Positions 63,449 to 64,000 of a DNA stretch of 64,000 bases are shown in pieces. The position numbers and the translations under genes are program-made. Numbering within the stretch: the stretch's first letter is position 1; each line of letters opens with the position of its first letter. The notes beneath the pieces were generated by a model. That model searched no databases. It was not told where the DNA came from and saw only the letters and a list, made by a program, of their open reading frames with translations. Origin of the DNA: Spirochaetia bacterium (lineage in GTDB: Bacteria; Spirochaetota; Spirochaetia; SZUA-6; Bin103); contig OZ241863.1 in assembly GCA_965203055.1 (NCBI GenBank), forward strand, positions 2,528,001 through 2,592,000, in the 5' to 3' direction.

Positions 63449-64000
63449 ATGAAGCACCGACACTTTCAAGAACTCCGGCTCGAAAACTTCCGCTGCTTTC
63501 GCGAGCAGACGGCCCGGCTGGCGCCGCTGACCCTGCTGGTCGGCGAGAACAGCACCGGCAAGACCTCGTTCCTCGCCGCAGTACGGGCCATTTGCGAAGT
63601 TGCCATTCGTTGCCGGGAACCCGACTTCCGCGAGACGCCATTTGACCTGGGGACGTTTCCCGAGATCGTTCACCGCCCCAGTGTCAGGGCGCAAATCCCT
63701 GATACCTTTCGAATCGGCATTGAGGCAGCGTCGGAGCCACATCCATTTGACTGCAGCGCAACGTTCAAGTCGGGAGATGGCTTTGCTCCCGAGATCTATA
63801 GCGGACGCGTGATCCATGGCAGTGTGTGGATCGAGTGGCAGGCACTAACCAGAGACGACGTTGACTTTACGTTTGGATCAGGCGAGTTCTCGAAACGCGG
63901 AGAATTGACTGCGATGCCCTGTGACTGGAAGTCAGTGGCCGGATGTTCGCACTTCATAATGATGGACGAAGACGACAGCAATCGGAAATGGAGTAGTGAT
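63449..64000 (+). CDS. ABC/AAA-type ATPase (AAA_15/AAA_21-like), partial, runs off the right edge
   Basis: Manual translation: MKHRHFQELRLENFRCFREQTARLAPLTLLVGENSTGKTSFL...FDLGTF. The frame is open to the window end. Confidence 0.85.
   Translation, partial: MKHRHFQELRLENFRCFREQTARLAPLTLLVGENSTGKTSFLAAVRAICEVAIRCREPDFRETPFDLGTFPEIVHRPSVRAQIPDTFRIGIEAASEPHPFDCSATFKSGDGFAPEIYSGRVIHGSVWIEWQALTRDDVDFTFGSGEFSKRGELTAMPCDWKSVAGCSHFIMMDEDDSNRKWSSD

Overview
This is a very GC-rich bacterial chromosome segment, almost certainly from a spirochaete. The evidence is the murG-cvpA-holB-like-hk2-rrp2 gene order, a stand-alone groES, a spirochaete-type S21 and a DUF6675-like protein. The core backbone carries a sigma54-promoted sigma-70-family (RpoS-like) sigma factor cut by the left edge, groES, dinG, a lysine operon (asd-lysC-lysA-dapF-dapL), an opp-type ABC transporter, a wecA-like gene, a PAS kinase/sigma54 activator pair, uvrB, comM/yifB, rnhA, rpsU, an M23 peptidase, recJ, thpR, recO, lon, an M15 peptidase, tsaC, an ftsB-like gene, rnz and a rhamnose-type sugar ABC transporter. 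An accessory block spans about 28.3-42.1 kb. It holds an Rpn (YhgA) nuclease with an internal RBS/start for an RpnS-like antitoxin, a (CCCAGT)n tract, a doubly frameshifted DUF222-like/HNH gene and an internally deleted IS256. Between two convergent tRNA-Met genes it also holds a lower-GC Druantia type III-like pair (druH/druE, both frameshifted) and a vapBC module. At the right edge, a DISARM DrmD-like SNF2 helicase is followed by an ABC/AAA ATPase instead of the expected methyltransferase. Other signals are an ATC start codon in rpsU and many apparently leaderless genes. All family calls come from motif recognition by eye; no database search was run.
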